Of a stretch of 63,605 bases of DNA, positions 1-10,978 are shown piece after piece (the first letter of the stretch is position 1; each line of letters opens with the position of its first letter). Both the position numbers and the translations under genes were made by a program. The stretch comes from Solirubrobacterales bacterium. GTDB lineage: Bacteria; Actinomycetota; Thermoleophilia; Solirubrobacterales; Thermoleophilaceae. Below the pieces are notes generated by a model. That model was given only the letters and a program-made list of their open reading frames with translations, did no database searches and was not told the DNA's origin. The DNA lies in contig JBBREO010000001.1 in NCBI GenBank assembly GCA_038202855.1, positions 1 to 63,605 of the forward strand, given 5' to 3'.

Positions 1-1077
1 CACTTCTACCCGCCCGACCCGTCCAGCCAGATCGTCTGCTCGATCGGGGGCAACGTGGCCGAGAACTCCGGCGGCGCGCACTGCTTCAAGTACGGGTTCA
101 CCACCAACTACGTGACCGGCCTCGAGGTGGTCCTGGCCGACGGCGAGGTCGTGCAGCTCGGCGGCAAGGGCCTCGACCTGCCCGGATACGACCTCGTCGG
201 CGCCTTCGTCGGGTCCGAGGGAACGCTTGGCGTGTGCACCAAGGTCACGCTGCGCGTCGTGCCGACGCCGTTCGCCGTACGCACGCTCGTCGCCTTCTTC
301 GACTCCACCTCCGAGGCCGGCGAGGTGGTGTCCGAGATCGTGTCCGAGGGCATCGTGCCGGCCGCCATCGAGATGATGGACAACCTCTCGATACGCGCCG
401 CCGAGGGCGCCACGAACGCGGGCTACCCCCAAGACGCAGGCGCCGCACTGGTTGTCGAGCTCGACGGCTCCGAACACGAGTGCGAGGCACGCTTCGACAA
501 GATCGTGGCGCTGTGCGAGGACGGCGGCGCCTGGGACGTGCGCGTGGCCCAGGACGACGCGGAGCGGGCGCTCATCTGGAAGACCCGCAAGGCGGCGTTT
601 GCCGCGATGGGCCGGATCGCCCCCAACTACTACGTGCAGGACTCGGTCATACCGCGCACGCGGATGGCCGGCGTGCTGCGAAAGATCGAGGAGCTGGCCG
701 GCGAGTACGACCTCAAGGTGGCCAACGTCTTCCACGCCGGTGACGGCAACCTGCACCCGCTGGTGTGTTACGACGGCGCCGTGGAGGGCGAGCCCGAGCG
801 GGCCGAGGAGCTGGCTGGCAAGATCGTCAAGGCGTGCGTGGACGAGGGCGGCTCGATCACCGGCGAGCACGGCGTGGGCGTGGACAAGAAGCGCTACATG
901 CCTTCGATGTTCGAGGAGGACGACCTGGCTACGTTCCAGCGGCTGCGCTGCGCCTTCGACCCAGACGGCCTGGCCAACCCCGGCAAGCTGATGCCCACGC
1001 CGCGGCTATGCGGTGAGGTGCCGGGCCCGTACCGGCAGCATCCGCTCGAGGCCGCCGGCCTCGCGGAGCGCATGTGA
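1..1077 (+). CDS. glcD: Glycolate oxidase subunit GlcD (FAD-linked oxidase), 5'-truncated by the window edge
   Basis: Frame 1 is open from base 1 (HFYPPDPSSQIVCSIGGNVAENSGGAHCFKYG...). It has the FAD-oxidase C-terminal signature GSITGEHGVGVDK. It is followed by glcE and glcF. Confidence 0.85.
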   Translation, partial: HFYPPDPSSQIVCSIGGNVAENSGGAHCFKYGFTTNYVTGLEVVLADGEVVQLGGKGLDLPGYDLVGAFVGSEGTLGVCTKVTLRVVPTPFAVRTLVAFFDSTSEAGEVVSEIVSEGIVPAAIEMMDNLSIRAAEGATNAGYPQDAGAALVVELDGSEHECEARFDKIVALCEDGGAWDVRVAQDDAERALIWKTRKAAFAAMGRIAPNYYVQDSVIPRTRMAGVLRKIEELAGEYDLKVANVFHAGDGNLHPLVCYDGAVEGEPERAEELAGKIVKACVDEGGSITGEHGVGVDKKRYMPSMFEEDDLATFQRLRCAFDPDGLANPGKLMPTPRLCGEVPGPYRQHPLEAAGLAERM

Positions 1078-2204
1078 GCGTCTGCCCGGCCTCCGTGGAG
1101 GAGCTCGCCGCCGCAATCAAGGAGGCCTCGCGGGGTGGCCAGTCGGTCCGCTTCTCGGGCGGCCAAACCAAATGGGGCTGGGGCGCACCGGCCCCGGAGC
1201 CCGACCTCGAGCTCTCGACCCTCGCGCTGGACCAGATCGTCGAGCACAACGAGGGTGACCTGACGGCGGTGCTCGATGCCGGCGTGCCGCTGGCCGCGCT
1301 GGCCGACAGGGTTGGCGCCGCCGACCAGATGCTGGCCCTCGACCCGCCGTGGGGCGAGTCGGCTGCCGCCACGGTGGGCGGCGCCATCGCCACCGCCGAC
1401 AGTGGCCCCCTGCGCCACCGCTACGGGTCGGTTCGCGATCTCGTCCTGGGCATGACCGTCGTGCTGTCCGACGGCACGGTGTCGAAGTCGGGCGGCAAGG
1501 TGATCAAGAACGTGGCCGGGTACGACCTCGCGAAGCTGTTCGCCGGCTCCTATGGCAGCCTCGGGACGATCGTGCGAGTGGCCGTGAGGCTGCATCCGCT
1601 GGCGCCGGCCACCGCGACCGCCGTGGGCCACTCCGACGACCCGCTCTCACTGGCCGATGCCGCCTCCGCCCTCAGCCACGCCCAGCTCGAGCTGCAGAGC
1701 CTCGACGTGCGATGGGAGGATGGCCGCGGCACAGTGCTTGGGCGCTTCGGTGGCGTCACCGCCTCTGACCCCGCAGCCGAGGTGGCCGAGTTGCTCGAAC
1801 AACGTGGGCTCGAGACAGAAGTCGAAGCCGACGACACCCCTCTATGGGACGCCCAGCGCGCCGCACAGCGCTCGACCGACGGCATCGTGGTGCGCGTGTC
1901 CGGCGTCCAGGACCAGACCGGTGCCCTGCTCGCGTTCGCGCAGGAGCACGGCGCACGGGTGGTCGGCCGAGCTGCGCTCGGCCTCTCCTGGGTGACCCTG
2001 CCCGAGCCCGGCCTTCTCGAGGCCCTGCGCACCCTGCTCGCGCCGTCGCCCTGTGTCGTGCTCGACGCGCCCGCTGCGGTCCGCGACGACCTCGATGCGT
2101 GGGGACCGCTCGATCCGGGCAGCACCGCTCTGATGGAGCGCGTGCGCGAGCGATTCGACCCCACCAGAACGTGCGCGCCGGGCATCCTCGCGGGAGGCAT
2201 CTGA
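1074..2204 (+). CDS. glcE: Glycolate oxidase FAD-binding subunit GlcE
   Basis: 376 aa FAD-binding PCMH-type protein (VIKNVAGYDLAKLF motif). There are 4-nt ATGA overlaps with glcD upstream and glcF downstream. Confidence 0.8.
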   Translation: MSVCPASVEELAAAIKEASRGGQSVRFSGGQTKWGWGAPAPEPDLELSTLALDQIVEHNEGDLTAVLDAGVPLAALADRVGAADQMLALDPPWGESAAATVGGAIATADSGPLRHRYGSVRDLVLGMTVVLSDGTVSKSGGKVIKNVAGYDLAKLFAGSYGSLGTIVRVAVRLHPLAPATATAVGHSDDPLSLADAASALSHAQLELQSLDVRWEDGRGTVLGRFGGVTASDPAAEVAELLEQRGLETEVEADDTPLWDAQRAAQRSTDGIVVRVSGVQDQTGALLAFAQEHGARVVGRAALGLSWVTLPEPGLLEALRTLLAPSPCVVLDAPAAVRDDLDAWGPLDPGSTALMERVRERFDPTRTCAPGILAGGI

Positions 2205-3522
2205 TGGAGGCCGGCCCCGGGAAGGATCTGGCAGGGATGCCAGATCCTTCGAATCCAATCCAGATCGGCATCTGGGACGACGACAAGCCGCCCGAGACGA
2301 CGCTGATCGACGACTGCGTGCACTGCGGCTTCTGCCTGCCCACATGTCCGACCTACCAGCTCTGGGGCGAGGAGGCCGACTCTCCGCGCGGGCGGATCGT
2401 GCTCATGCGCGCCGGCCACGAGGAGGACACCGAGCTGTCGGCCCCGATGGTCAACCACTTCGACAACTGCCTGGGCTGCATGGCCTGCGTGACCGCCTGC
2501 CCGTCGGGAGTGCAGTACGACAAGCTGATCGAGGACACGCGCGCCCAGGTGGAGCGCAAGTGGGAGCGAACGGGCGCAGACAAGTGGACGCGCCGGGTGG
2601 TGTTCGCGCTCGCGCCCCACCCCGAACGGCTGAGGTGGCTGATGCCGCTGATGCGCTTCGGCCACGCCACGCGCCTGGACCGGCTGACCGCGCGACTGCC
2701 GCTGGGACGCCTGTCGGAGGTGGCCAAGCTGGCGCCCGATCCGCCGGTGCGAAAGCACCTGCCCGAGCACGTGCCCGCCGTCGGCGAGTCGCGCGGAACC
2801 GTGGCCGTGCTGCGCGGCTGCGTGCAGCGGGTGATGTTCTCGGGCGTGAACGCCGACACCGCCGCGGTGCTCGCCGCCGAGGGCTGGGACGTGGCCGCCC
2901 CCCACGACCCGCGCTGCTGCGGCGCCCTGCAGCTGCACTCGGGCGCCGGCACCGACGCAAGCGACAACGCGAAGACGACGATCGCGGCGCTGGAGGGCTA
3001 CGAGCGAATCGTGGCCAACGCCGCCGGCTGCGGCTCGGCCATGAAGGACTACGGCCACGTGATGCGCGACGATCCCGACTGGGCCGAGCGCGCCCAGGCC
3101 TTCGCCGACAAGGTCTGCGACGTGACCGAGATCCTGGCCGAGGGCGAGCCGCGCGCGCGGCGCCACCCGGTGGAGATGAAGGTGGCCTATCACGACGCCT
3201 GCCACCTGGCCCACGCACAGGGCGTGCGCCAGCCCCCGCGCGAGCTGCTGCGCGGCATACCCGGCGTGGAGATCATGGAGCCGGCCGACTGGGAGATCTG
3301 CTGCGGCTCGGCCGGGATCTACAACGTGGTCAAGCCCGACGCGGCGGCCGAGCTGGGGCGCATGAAGGCCCAGAACCTCTTGGACACGGGCGCCGAGGCC
3401 GTGGTGGCGGCCAACCCCGGCTGCGCGCTGCAGATAACCGCACACACCCGCGGGTTGGGCAAGGAGCTCCCGGTGATCCACCCGGTCGAGCTGCTGGCCC
3501 GCTCGCTGAGAGGAGCAGGCTG

Positions 3523-3523
<1 letters not shown>
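2204..3523 (+). CDS. glcF: Glycolate oxidase iron-sulfur subunit GlcF
   Basis: Two ferredoxin-type Cys clusters (CVHCGFCLPTCP and CLGCMACVTACP) plus CCG domains (CCGA, CCGSAG). I trimmed the track ORF 1844..3523 to the ATG at 2204, which overlaps the glcE stop. An alternative in-frame ATG lies at 2237. Confidence 0.85.
2221..2250. repeat. 30-bp perfect palindromic element (13-bp stem, GGGA loop) inside the glcF 5' coding region
   Basis: The sequence is GAAGGATCTGGCA-GGGA-TGCCAGATCCTTC. It shares the 12-mer GGCAGGGATGCC with the repeats at 15118..15187 and matches 23/30 positions of the element at 30801..30830. Confidence 0.85.
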
Positions 3524-5142
<1,619 letters not shown>

Positions 5143-5170
5143 TGGCGGCGCCTAAGCCGACGAGCTAGCC

Positions 5171-5773
5171 TCAGGCCGCGTCCTCGCGCCGCTCCTCGGC
5201 CTCGCGGATCTCGCGCATGGCCTGCTTGCGCTGCTCGCGGCTGCCGCGGTCGAGGATGAGGACGCCGTCGAGGTGGTCCAGCTCGTGCTGGATCACCCGC
5301 GCCTCGAGGCCGGAGGCCTCGACGGTGCGCCCCTCGCCGCGCTCGTCGCGGGCGCGCACGCGGACGTGCAGCGGACGCTCGATGTCCATCTGGACTCCCG
5401 GGAGCGACAGGCAGCCCTCCTCGAGCACGTCCTCCTCGTCGCTGTGCCACTCGATCTCCGGGTTGGCCAGGGCGATCACCGGCGCATCGGGCCCGACGCG
5501 ATAGACCAGCAGTCGCTGGGAGATTCCGAGCTGGGGGGCGGCCAGGCCGATGCCGAGCGCGTCGTTCATGAGCCCGGCCATCCGCGCGACCTGGCTGCGC
5601 AGGGCGTCGTCGAAGCGGTCCACCTGGGTGGCGCGGCTCTTGAGCACCGGGTCGCCCAGGCGACGGATGAACGACATGGCGGCAGCCCGACGGGCCTCGA
5701 CCTCGGGGTCGAGGCGCGGCTGTTCGGCGTCCTCCTCGGGCTTCTCCGCCACCTCGACGGGCTCGTCGGCCAT
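5171..5773 (-). CDS. def: Peptide deformylase
   Basis: It carries the motifs GIGLAAPQ, EGCLSLPG and QHELDHLDG. The ATG at 5773 gives a 32-aa acidic N-terminal extension, and an alternative ATG lies at 5677. A TACAAT hexamer ends 6 nt upstream of ATG 5773, so the transcript may be leaderless. Confidence 0.9.
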   Translation of the reverse strand: MADEPVEVAEKPEEDAEQPRLDPEVEARRAAAMSFIRRLGDPVLKSRATQVDRFDDALRSQVARMAGLMNDALGIGLAAPQLGISQRLLVYRVGPDAPVIALANPEIEWHSDEEDVLEEGCLSLPGVQMDIERPLHVRVRARDERGEGRTVEASGLEARVIQHELDHLDGVLILDRGSREQRKQAMREIREAEERREDAA

Positions 5774-5804
5774 GACTCGATTGTACGTGCGCCGGATCGG
5801 TGGC

Positions 5805-6764
5805 TCAGGCCAGCCTGGCCGCGGTCGGCGCGCGCTCGTCCGCCGGCTCCTCCTCGGGCTCTCGGAGCGCCTCGCCCGCCCTGACGGGAGCGGGGATGAG
5901 CGCAGCGCCGACCAGGATCAGCGCGAAGGCGGCGAGGCGCACGCCGACCTGGAGGGGATCGGCGCCCAGGCGGTCCCCGAACACCACCAGGCCCGCGACG
6001 ATGGCCGACAGGTTCGCGGCCACGGAGGTGACCGCGATCACGGCCACGCCGTCGCCGATCTGGAGGCTGCGGGCGGAGGCGAAGAAGGAGCCGACCGCCG
6101 CGAGCACGATCAGCGCGGTCCAGGGGCTGAGCAGACCCGCGGGGCCGCCCGAGACGTCACCCGAGAGGGCCTTCACCGCCACGTCGGAGATGCCGAAGCC
6201 CAGGCCGGCGGCGATCCCGAGCAGTACCCCGCGCTGACCCCGCAGGCGCTCGACCCGGTAGGAGCAGACGAGCAGCAGGCTGAGGACGACGGCCACGGCC
6301 TCGAAGGCGATGAGCTGTCCGTAGCTGTAGCCCGACCGCGCGCCTCCCCCACCCCCGCCTCCCGTGATCGTGAGCAGCGCGAGCGAGCCCGCCACCAGGG
6401 CGATCCCGGTCCACTGGCGCCGGCCCAGGGTGAAGCCGAAGAAGCGCTCGGCCAGCACGGCGAGGAAGACCAGGCCGCCGGCCAGAACGGCCTGGCCGAT
6501 GGAGATCGGGGTGAGGCTGAGGGCGGCCACGTGGAGGGCGAAGGCGATTCCCGCGACCCCCCACCCGATGCTGAACCACTTGGACCGAAACAGGTCGGCC
6601 GCGCTGTGCAGCGGCCGGTGCATGTCCACGTCGGGCGCCGCCACGGCGCCGCGGTGTTTGAACAAGAAGCTCAGGTTCGTGCCCAGGGCCGACAGCAGCG
6701 CGCAGACCAACCCGAGACCCACCGTCAGCGAGACATCACTCACAAGCCACTCGTTACCCGGCAC
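5805..6764 (-). CDS. Polytopic membrane protein (DMT/EamA-like fold suspected)
   Basis: 319 aa with about 9-10 hydrophobic helices and a poly-Gly stretch (TGGGGGGGAR). I recognised no catalytic motif. Confidence 0.6.
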   Translation of the reverse strand: MPGNEWLVSDVSLTVGLGLVCALLSALGTNLSFLFKHRGAVAAPDVDMHRPLHSAADLFRSKWFSIGWGVAGIAFALHVAALSLTPISIGQAVLAGGLVFLAVLAERFFGFTLGRRQWTGIALVAGSLALLTITGGGGGGGARSGYSYGQLIAFEAVAVVLSLLLVCSYRVERLRGQRGVLLGIAAGLGFGISDVAVKALSGDVSGGPAGLLSPWTALIVLAAVGSFFASARSLQIGDGVAVIAVTSVAANLSAIVAGLVVFGDRLGADPLQVGVRLAAFALILVGAALIPAPVRAGEALREPEEEPADERAPTAARLA

Positions 6765-6840
6765 GGCCGCGTATCACTCCCCTCCCCGCGCGAGCCCCAC
6801 TATGGTCGGGCGCCCGGCGACGGCGAGACAGAGGAGAGAC

Positions 6841-8502
6841 ATGGCGGCGATGAAGTGGTGGGGCTGGGGACACGAGGAGACCTCCTTCTCCCACGAGGAC
6901 AGGCCCGACCTGGCTCCCTTCATCGCGGACAGGCTCGGGCTGGACGTGACCACGCCGGGCACCGCAGCTCCCGTGCCGCTCGCCGAGCTGGACCTGGCCG
7001 AGCCCGTGCTGCCCTCCGCACTGCGCGACGCGCTGGAGGCCGCCGTAGGGGCCGAGCGGGTGTCCACGGATGCCCTGGACCGCGTCGTCCACGCCCGCGG
7101 CAAGAGCCTGCGCGACCTGGTGCGCCAGCGCCGCGGCGACTTTCCCCGCCTTCCCGACGTCGTCGCGCGCCCCAGCGCCGAGGCCGAGGTGGAGGCGATC
7201 GTGCGCGCCGCGCTCGAAGCCGACGCGGTTGTCATCCCCTTCGGGGGCGGGTCGAGCATCTCGGGCAGCATCGAGCCCCCCGCCACGGAAACGCGCCCGG
7301 TGATCTCGGTCGACCTCGCGCGGCTCGACCGGGTCCTCGAGGTCGACCGCACCTCCCGCCTGGCGCGGGTGCAGGCCGGGGTGTTCGGGCCCGAGCTGGA
7401 GCGCCAGCTCAACGCGCGTGGCTACACCTTCGGCCACTTCCCCGACTCGTTCACCCACTCCACGCTGGGCGGCTGGATCGCCACACGCTCCTCGGGCATG
7501 CAGTCCGACCGCTACGGCGACATCGCCGACCTGACGCGCGGCCTGCGGGTGGTCACGCCGACCGGCGTCCTGGCGGTGCGCCCGGTGCCCAGCACGTCGA
7601 CCGGGCCCAGCGTGCGTGAGATGGTGCTGGGCAGCGAAGGACGGCTGGGCATCATCACCGAGGCCACCGTGCACGTCAGCCGGATCCCGGCGAAGCGGAC
7701 GATCCTGGGGTACCTGTTTCCCACCTGGGGCGAGGGACTGGCCGCCATGCGCGACATCGCCGCCAGCGAGGCCGCGCCGTCGGTGACCCGCGTCTCCGAC
7801 GCCCCCGAGACCCAGTTCTCCTTCGCCACGGGCAAGCATCCGTCGCTGACCGACCGACTGAAGTCAGGCGCGCTGAAGTCCTACCTGCACCGCCGGCGCA
7901 AGTTCGACCTCGACTCGATGTGCCTGTCATTCGTCGGCTACGAGGGCGACGAGGCGAGCGTCGCGACGAACAAGAAGCTGGCGGAGCGGATCGTCAAGAG
8001 CCACGGCGGCCTGGGGATCGGCAGCAGCCCCGGCGAGCTCTACGACCAGAAGAAGTTCGACACCCCCTACATCCGCGACTTCCTGCTCGACCGCGGCGCG
8101 CTGGCCGACGTATCCGAGACCTCGGCGCCGTGGAGCGAGCTGTCGCGCGTCCACGCCGGGGTGACCGCCGCCGCACGCGGCGCCTTCGCGCAACTCGGCG
8201 TGCCGGGCTACCTGATGTGCCACCTGTCGCACTCCTACCACGCCGGCGCCTGCCTCTACTTCACGTTCGCGATCGTGCCGTCGGGCGACCGCGACGAGCT
8301 AGAGGAGTACGGCGTGGTCAAGTCGGCGATCCAGCAGGCGTTCATGGACTGCGGCGCCACCCTGTCGCATCACCACGCGGTCGGGACCGAGCACGCGCGG
8401 TGGCTGGAGCAGGACATATCCGCGCCGGGTGTGCGGATGCTGACGGCCCTCTTCGCGGGCACCGACCCTCACGGGAACCTGAACCCCGGCAAGATCGTCT
8501 AG
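6841..8502 (+). CDS. FAD-linked oxidase of the alkyl-dihydroxyacetonephosphate synthase (AGPS)-like family
   Basis: 553 aa. The N-terminal MKWWGWGHEE resembles the W-x-GWG start typical of AGPS-family proteins. It has an FAD-binding PCMH domain (VIPFGGGSSISG) and a C-terminal HHHAVG motif. I trimmed it from track ORF 6364..8502 to the ATG at 6841. Confidence 0.8.
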   Translation: MAAMKWWGWGHEETSFSHEDRPDLAPFIADRLGLDVTTPGTAAPVPLAELDLAEPVLPSALRDALEAAVGAERVSTDALDRVVHARGKSLRDLVRQRRGDFPRLPDVVARPSAEAEVEAIVRAALEADAVVIPFGGGSSISGSIEPPATETRPVISVDLARLDRVLEVDRTSRLARVQAGVFGPELERQLNARGYTFGHFPDSFTHSTLGGWIATRSSGMQSDRYGDIADLTRGLRVVTPTGVLAVRPVPSTSTGPSVREMVLGSEGRLGIITEATVHVSRIPAKRTILGYLFPTWGEGLAAMRDIAASEAAPSVTRVSDAPETQFSFATGKHPSLTDRLKSGALKSYLHRRRKFDLDSMCLSFVGYEGDEASVATNKKLAERIVKSHGGLGIGSSPGELYDQKKFDTPYIRDFLLDRGALADVSETSAPWSELSRVHAGVTAAARGAFAQLGVPGYLMCHLSHSYHAGACLYFTFAIVPSGDRDELEEYGVVKSAIQQAFMDCGATLSHHHAVGTEHARWLEQDISAPGVRMLTALFAGTDPHGNLNPGKIV

Positions 8503-8560
8503 ACGTAAGCGGAGTTGGTCTCCGCGAAACCGCCGGGGCCCGGCCGGGTAGTGAAGGGTT

Positions 8561-9304
8561 GTGGCCGACCCCGCCGACCTAGACCTCCCCTGGACCCGGT
8601 CGGTTCCGGCCGCCCGGCTGCGCGAGGCCCTGATCTGCGGCGTGCTCGGGCCGCTCATGGACCTCTACACGCGGCGGAGGGTCGTGGGTCGCGATCACCT
8701 CGAGACCCTCCCCGGGCCGGTGCTGTTCGTGGCCAATCACCACTCGCACATGGACACCCCGGCGATCCTGCGGGCGCTGCCCGGGCACTGGCGCAGGCGC
8801 ACGGCAGTGGCCGCTGCCGTGGACTACTTCTTCACCAGCCGGCGCAACGCGGTGTCGACCTCCCTGGCCTTCGGCACGGTGCCCATGGACCGCTCGGGCG
8901 GCGGCCTGGGCCCCGAGGCGACGGCCCACATCGATCGCCTGTTCGCCGGCGGCCACAGCCTGCTCATGTTCGCCGAGGGCACCCGCTCGCACGACGGGTC
9001 GGCTTCGCGGTTGCGCTCGGGTGCGGCCGTGCTGGCGGCCCAGCACGGGCTGCCGATCGTGCCGATCTACGTCGACGGCACCGGCGTCGCGATGCCGCGT
9101 GGCCACCACTGGATGGTCTTCAAGCGCGGCCGGCCGGGGCCCCGCCACCGGATCGAGATCCGCTTCGGCGAGCCGATCGCGCCCACCGAGGCCCAGGCTC
9201 GCGATGAGGTGATGGAGCGCATCCGGCTCTTTTTGACCGCGTGCGGAGCCGACCTCCAGCCCGCGCCCGAGCGCCGGCGCCAGCGCCAGCGCCAGACCGT
9301 CTGA
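8561..9304 (+). CDS. PlsC-family (lysophospholipid/glycerol-phosphate type) acyltransferase
   Basis: It has the HX4D block NHHSHMDTPA and the FAEGTRS block. The start is GTG. Confidence 0.8.
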   Translation: MADPADLDLPWTRSVPAARLREALICGVLGPLMDLYTRRRVVGRDHLETLPGPVLFVANHHSHMDTPAILRALPGHWRRRTAVAAAVDYFFTSRRNAVSTSLAFGTVPMDRSGGGLGPEATAHIDRLFAGGHSLLMFAEGTRSHDGSASRLRSGAAVLAAQHGLPIVPIYVDGTGVAMPRGHHWMVFKRGRPGPRHRIEIRFGEPIAPTEAQARDEVMERIRLFLTACGADLQPAPERRRQRQRQTV

Positions 9305-9305
9305 C

Positions 9306-10322
9306 ATGGGGCGCGTCTTCGTCACCGGCGGCAGTGGGTTCATCGGCGGCGCGCTGATCGACTCGCTGCGCGAGCGCGGCGACGAGGTGTGGGCGCTGGC
9401 CCGCTCGGACGCGGCGGCGCGGAAGGTGAGCGCGCGGGGCGCTCGGGTGGTGCGCGGCCACGTGCTGGAGGAGGACGTGCTGGCGACCGGGATGGGGGGC
9501 TGCGACCTGGCCTTCCACGTGGCGGGAATCAACTCACATTGCCCCGAGGATCCGGAGGCGATGCTGCGGGTGAACGTCGAGGGCGCCGCCGCGGCGGTGC
9601 GCGCGGCCGCCCACGTGGGCGTGCCCCGGCTGGTCTACACCTCGTCGGCCGCATCGGTGGGCGAGGCCGAGGGCACCGTCGGGCGCGAGGACTCGCCCCA
9701 CCGCGGCTCCTACCTGTCGGTATACGACCGCTCCAAGCACGAGGGCGAGCGGGCCGTGTTCGCGGCGGCCGAGGAGCTCGGGATCGAGGTCGTGGCCGTG
9801 AACCCGTCGTCGGTGCAGGGACCCGGGCGCTCGTCGGGCAACGGCAAGATCGCCATCGACTACCTCAACGGCAAGCTGCCGGTGTTCGTGGACACCCACC
9901 TGAGCCTGGTCGACATCGCCGACTGCGTTCGCGGGCACCTGCTCGCCGCCGAGCGCGGGCGGCCCGGTCGGCGCTACCTGCTCAACGGGGCCACGATCAC
10001 CTCGCAGGAGGCGCTGGACATCGTCTCCGGCCTGTCCGGGGTCCGCGAGCGGGTGCGGATCCTGCCCGCGCCGGTGGCTCGCAGCGCCGCCGCGGTGGTG
10101 GAGAGCGCGTACAAGGTGCGCGGGCGCACGCCGTCGCTGTGCCGGGCCCGGGTGCGCACGATCCTGCACGGCCATCGCTACGACGGCACGCTCGCCTGCC
10201 GCGAGCTCGGCCTGCGGTACACCTCCGTCGAGGACACCTTCGCCCGCGTGATCGACTGGGCCCAGGACGAGGGACTGGTCGCACGGCCGCCCGGGGGCGC
10301 GGGTGACCGACTGCCTGCTTAG
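9306..10322 (+). CDS. NAD(P)-dependent epimerase/dehydratase-family (extended SDR) reductase
   Basis: It has the Rossmann motif VTGGSGFIGG and the catalytic YDRSK (YxxxK). It starts 2 nt after the acyltransferase stop. Confidence 0.8.
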   Translation: MGRVFVTGGSGFIGGALIDSLRERGDEVWALARSDAAARKVSARGARVVRGHVLEEDVLATGMGGCDLAFHVAGINSHCPEDPEAMLRVNVEGAAAAVRAAAHVGVPRLVYTSSAASVGEAEGTVGREDSPHRGSYLSVYDRSKHEGERAVFAAAEELGIEVVAVNPSSVQGPGRSSGNGKIAIDYLNGKLPVFVDTHLSLVDIADCVRGHLLAAERGRPGRRYLLNGATITSQEALDIVSGLSGVRERVRILPAPVARSAAAVVESAYKVRGRTPSLCRARVRTILHGHRYDGTLACRELGLRYTSVEDTFARVIDWAQDEGLVARPPGGAGDRLPA

Positions 10323-10938
10323 AGCCTCCCAGACCCTCGCCACCCCCCACGGCCCGGCCCGGGTCCACATCCGCCCCGCCGCACGTGCACGCGGCACCCT
10401 GATGCTCGGGCACGGGGCCGGCGGCGGGGTCGCGGCGCCCGACCTGACCGCGGTGGCGGACGTGGCCGCTTCCGAGGGCTTCGCGGTCGCCCTGGTCGAG
10501 CAGCCCTACCGCGTGGCCGGGCGCCGCTCCCCCGCTCCCGCGCACCAGCTCGACGCCGCCTGGAGGGCGGTGGCCGAGCAGCTGCTCGCCGGCGAGCTCC
10601 GCGGGCTCCCGCTCGTAGCCGGTGGCCGATCCTCGGGCGCCCGGGTGGCGTGTCGCACCGCCGCTGCCACCGGGGCCGTGGGCGTGCTCTGCCTCGCCTT
10701 CCCGCTCCAGCCGCCCGCACGCAAGGCGGCCAAGGCTCCGGCGCCGAGCCGCCAGACCGAGCTCGACGAGGTGGCCGTCCCCACCCTGGTCGTGCAGGGC
10801 GCGCGCGACCGCTTCGGGGTGCCCGCGCCCGGCCCACGCCGGACCGTGGTCAGAGTGGCCGGCGATCACGGGCTCAAGAAGGACCTGGCGGCGGTCGCCG
10901 AGGCCGTCCGGGCCTGGCTTGCCGGCGTGGTTGCCTGA
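10303..10938 (+). CDS. Alpha/beta hydrolase family protein
   Basis: It has HGAGGG near the N-terminus, a nucleophile-elbow-like GGRSSGARV and a C-terminal GDHGL. It overlaps the SDR 3' end by 20 nt, and the start codon is uncertain. Confidence 0.65.
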   Translation: MTDCLLRASQTLATPHGPARVHIRPAARARGTLMLGHGAGGGVAAPDLTAVADVAASEGFAVALVEQPYRVAGRRSPAPAHQLDAAWRAVAEQLLAGELRGLPLVAGGRSSGARVACRTAAATGAVGVLCLAFPLQPPARKAAKAPAPSRQTELDEVAVPTLVVQGARDRFGVPAPGPRRTVVRVAGDHGLKKDLAAVAEAVRAWLAGVVA

Positions 10939-10950
10939 CTGATACCGCGG

Positions 10951-10976
10951 CCGGATGGGGCATCGTGCCCATCCGG
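10951..10976. terminator. Hairpin between the convergent hydrolase and priA genes (candidate bidirectional terminator)
   Basis: CCGGATGGGGCA-TCG-TGCCCATCCGG forms an 11-bp stem with one bulged G. It lies in the 40-nt gap between the two stop codons. Confidence 0.5.
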
Positions 10977-10978
10977 AA

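Noticed and set aside
1550-3481. A 643-aa minus-strand ORF, and many similar long antisense or out-of-frame ORFs. Examples are 5550..7619, 10955..13111, 20171..21760, 24626..26722, 35766..36572, 38660..39925, 45580..47220 and 59789..61339.
   Set aside because: Their translations are Arg/Ala/Gly/Pro/His-rich low-complexity strings with no recognisable motifs. Each lies opposite or out of frame to a gene with clear family signatures. This is the expected stop-codon-poor artefact of very GC-rich DNA.
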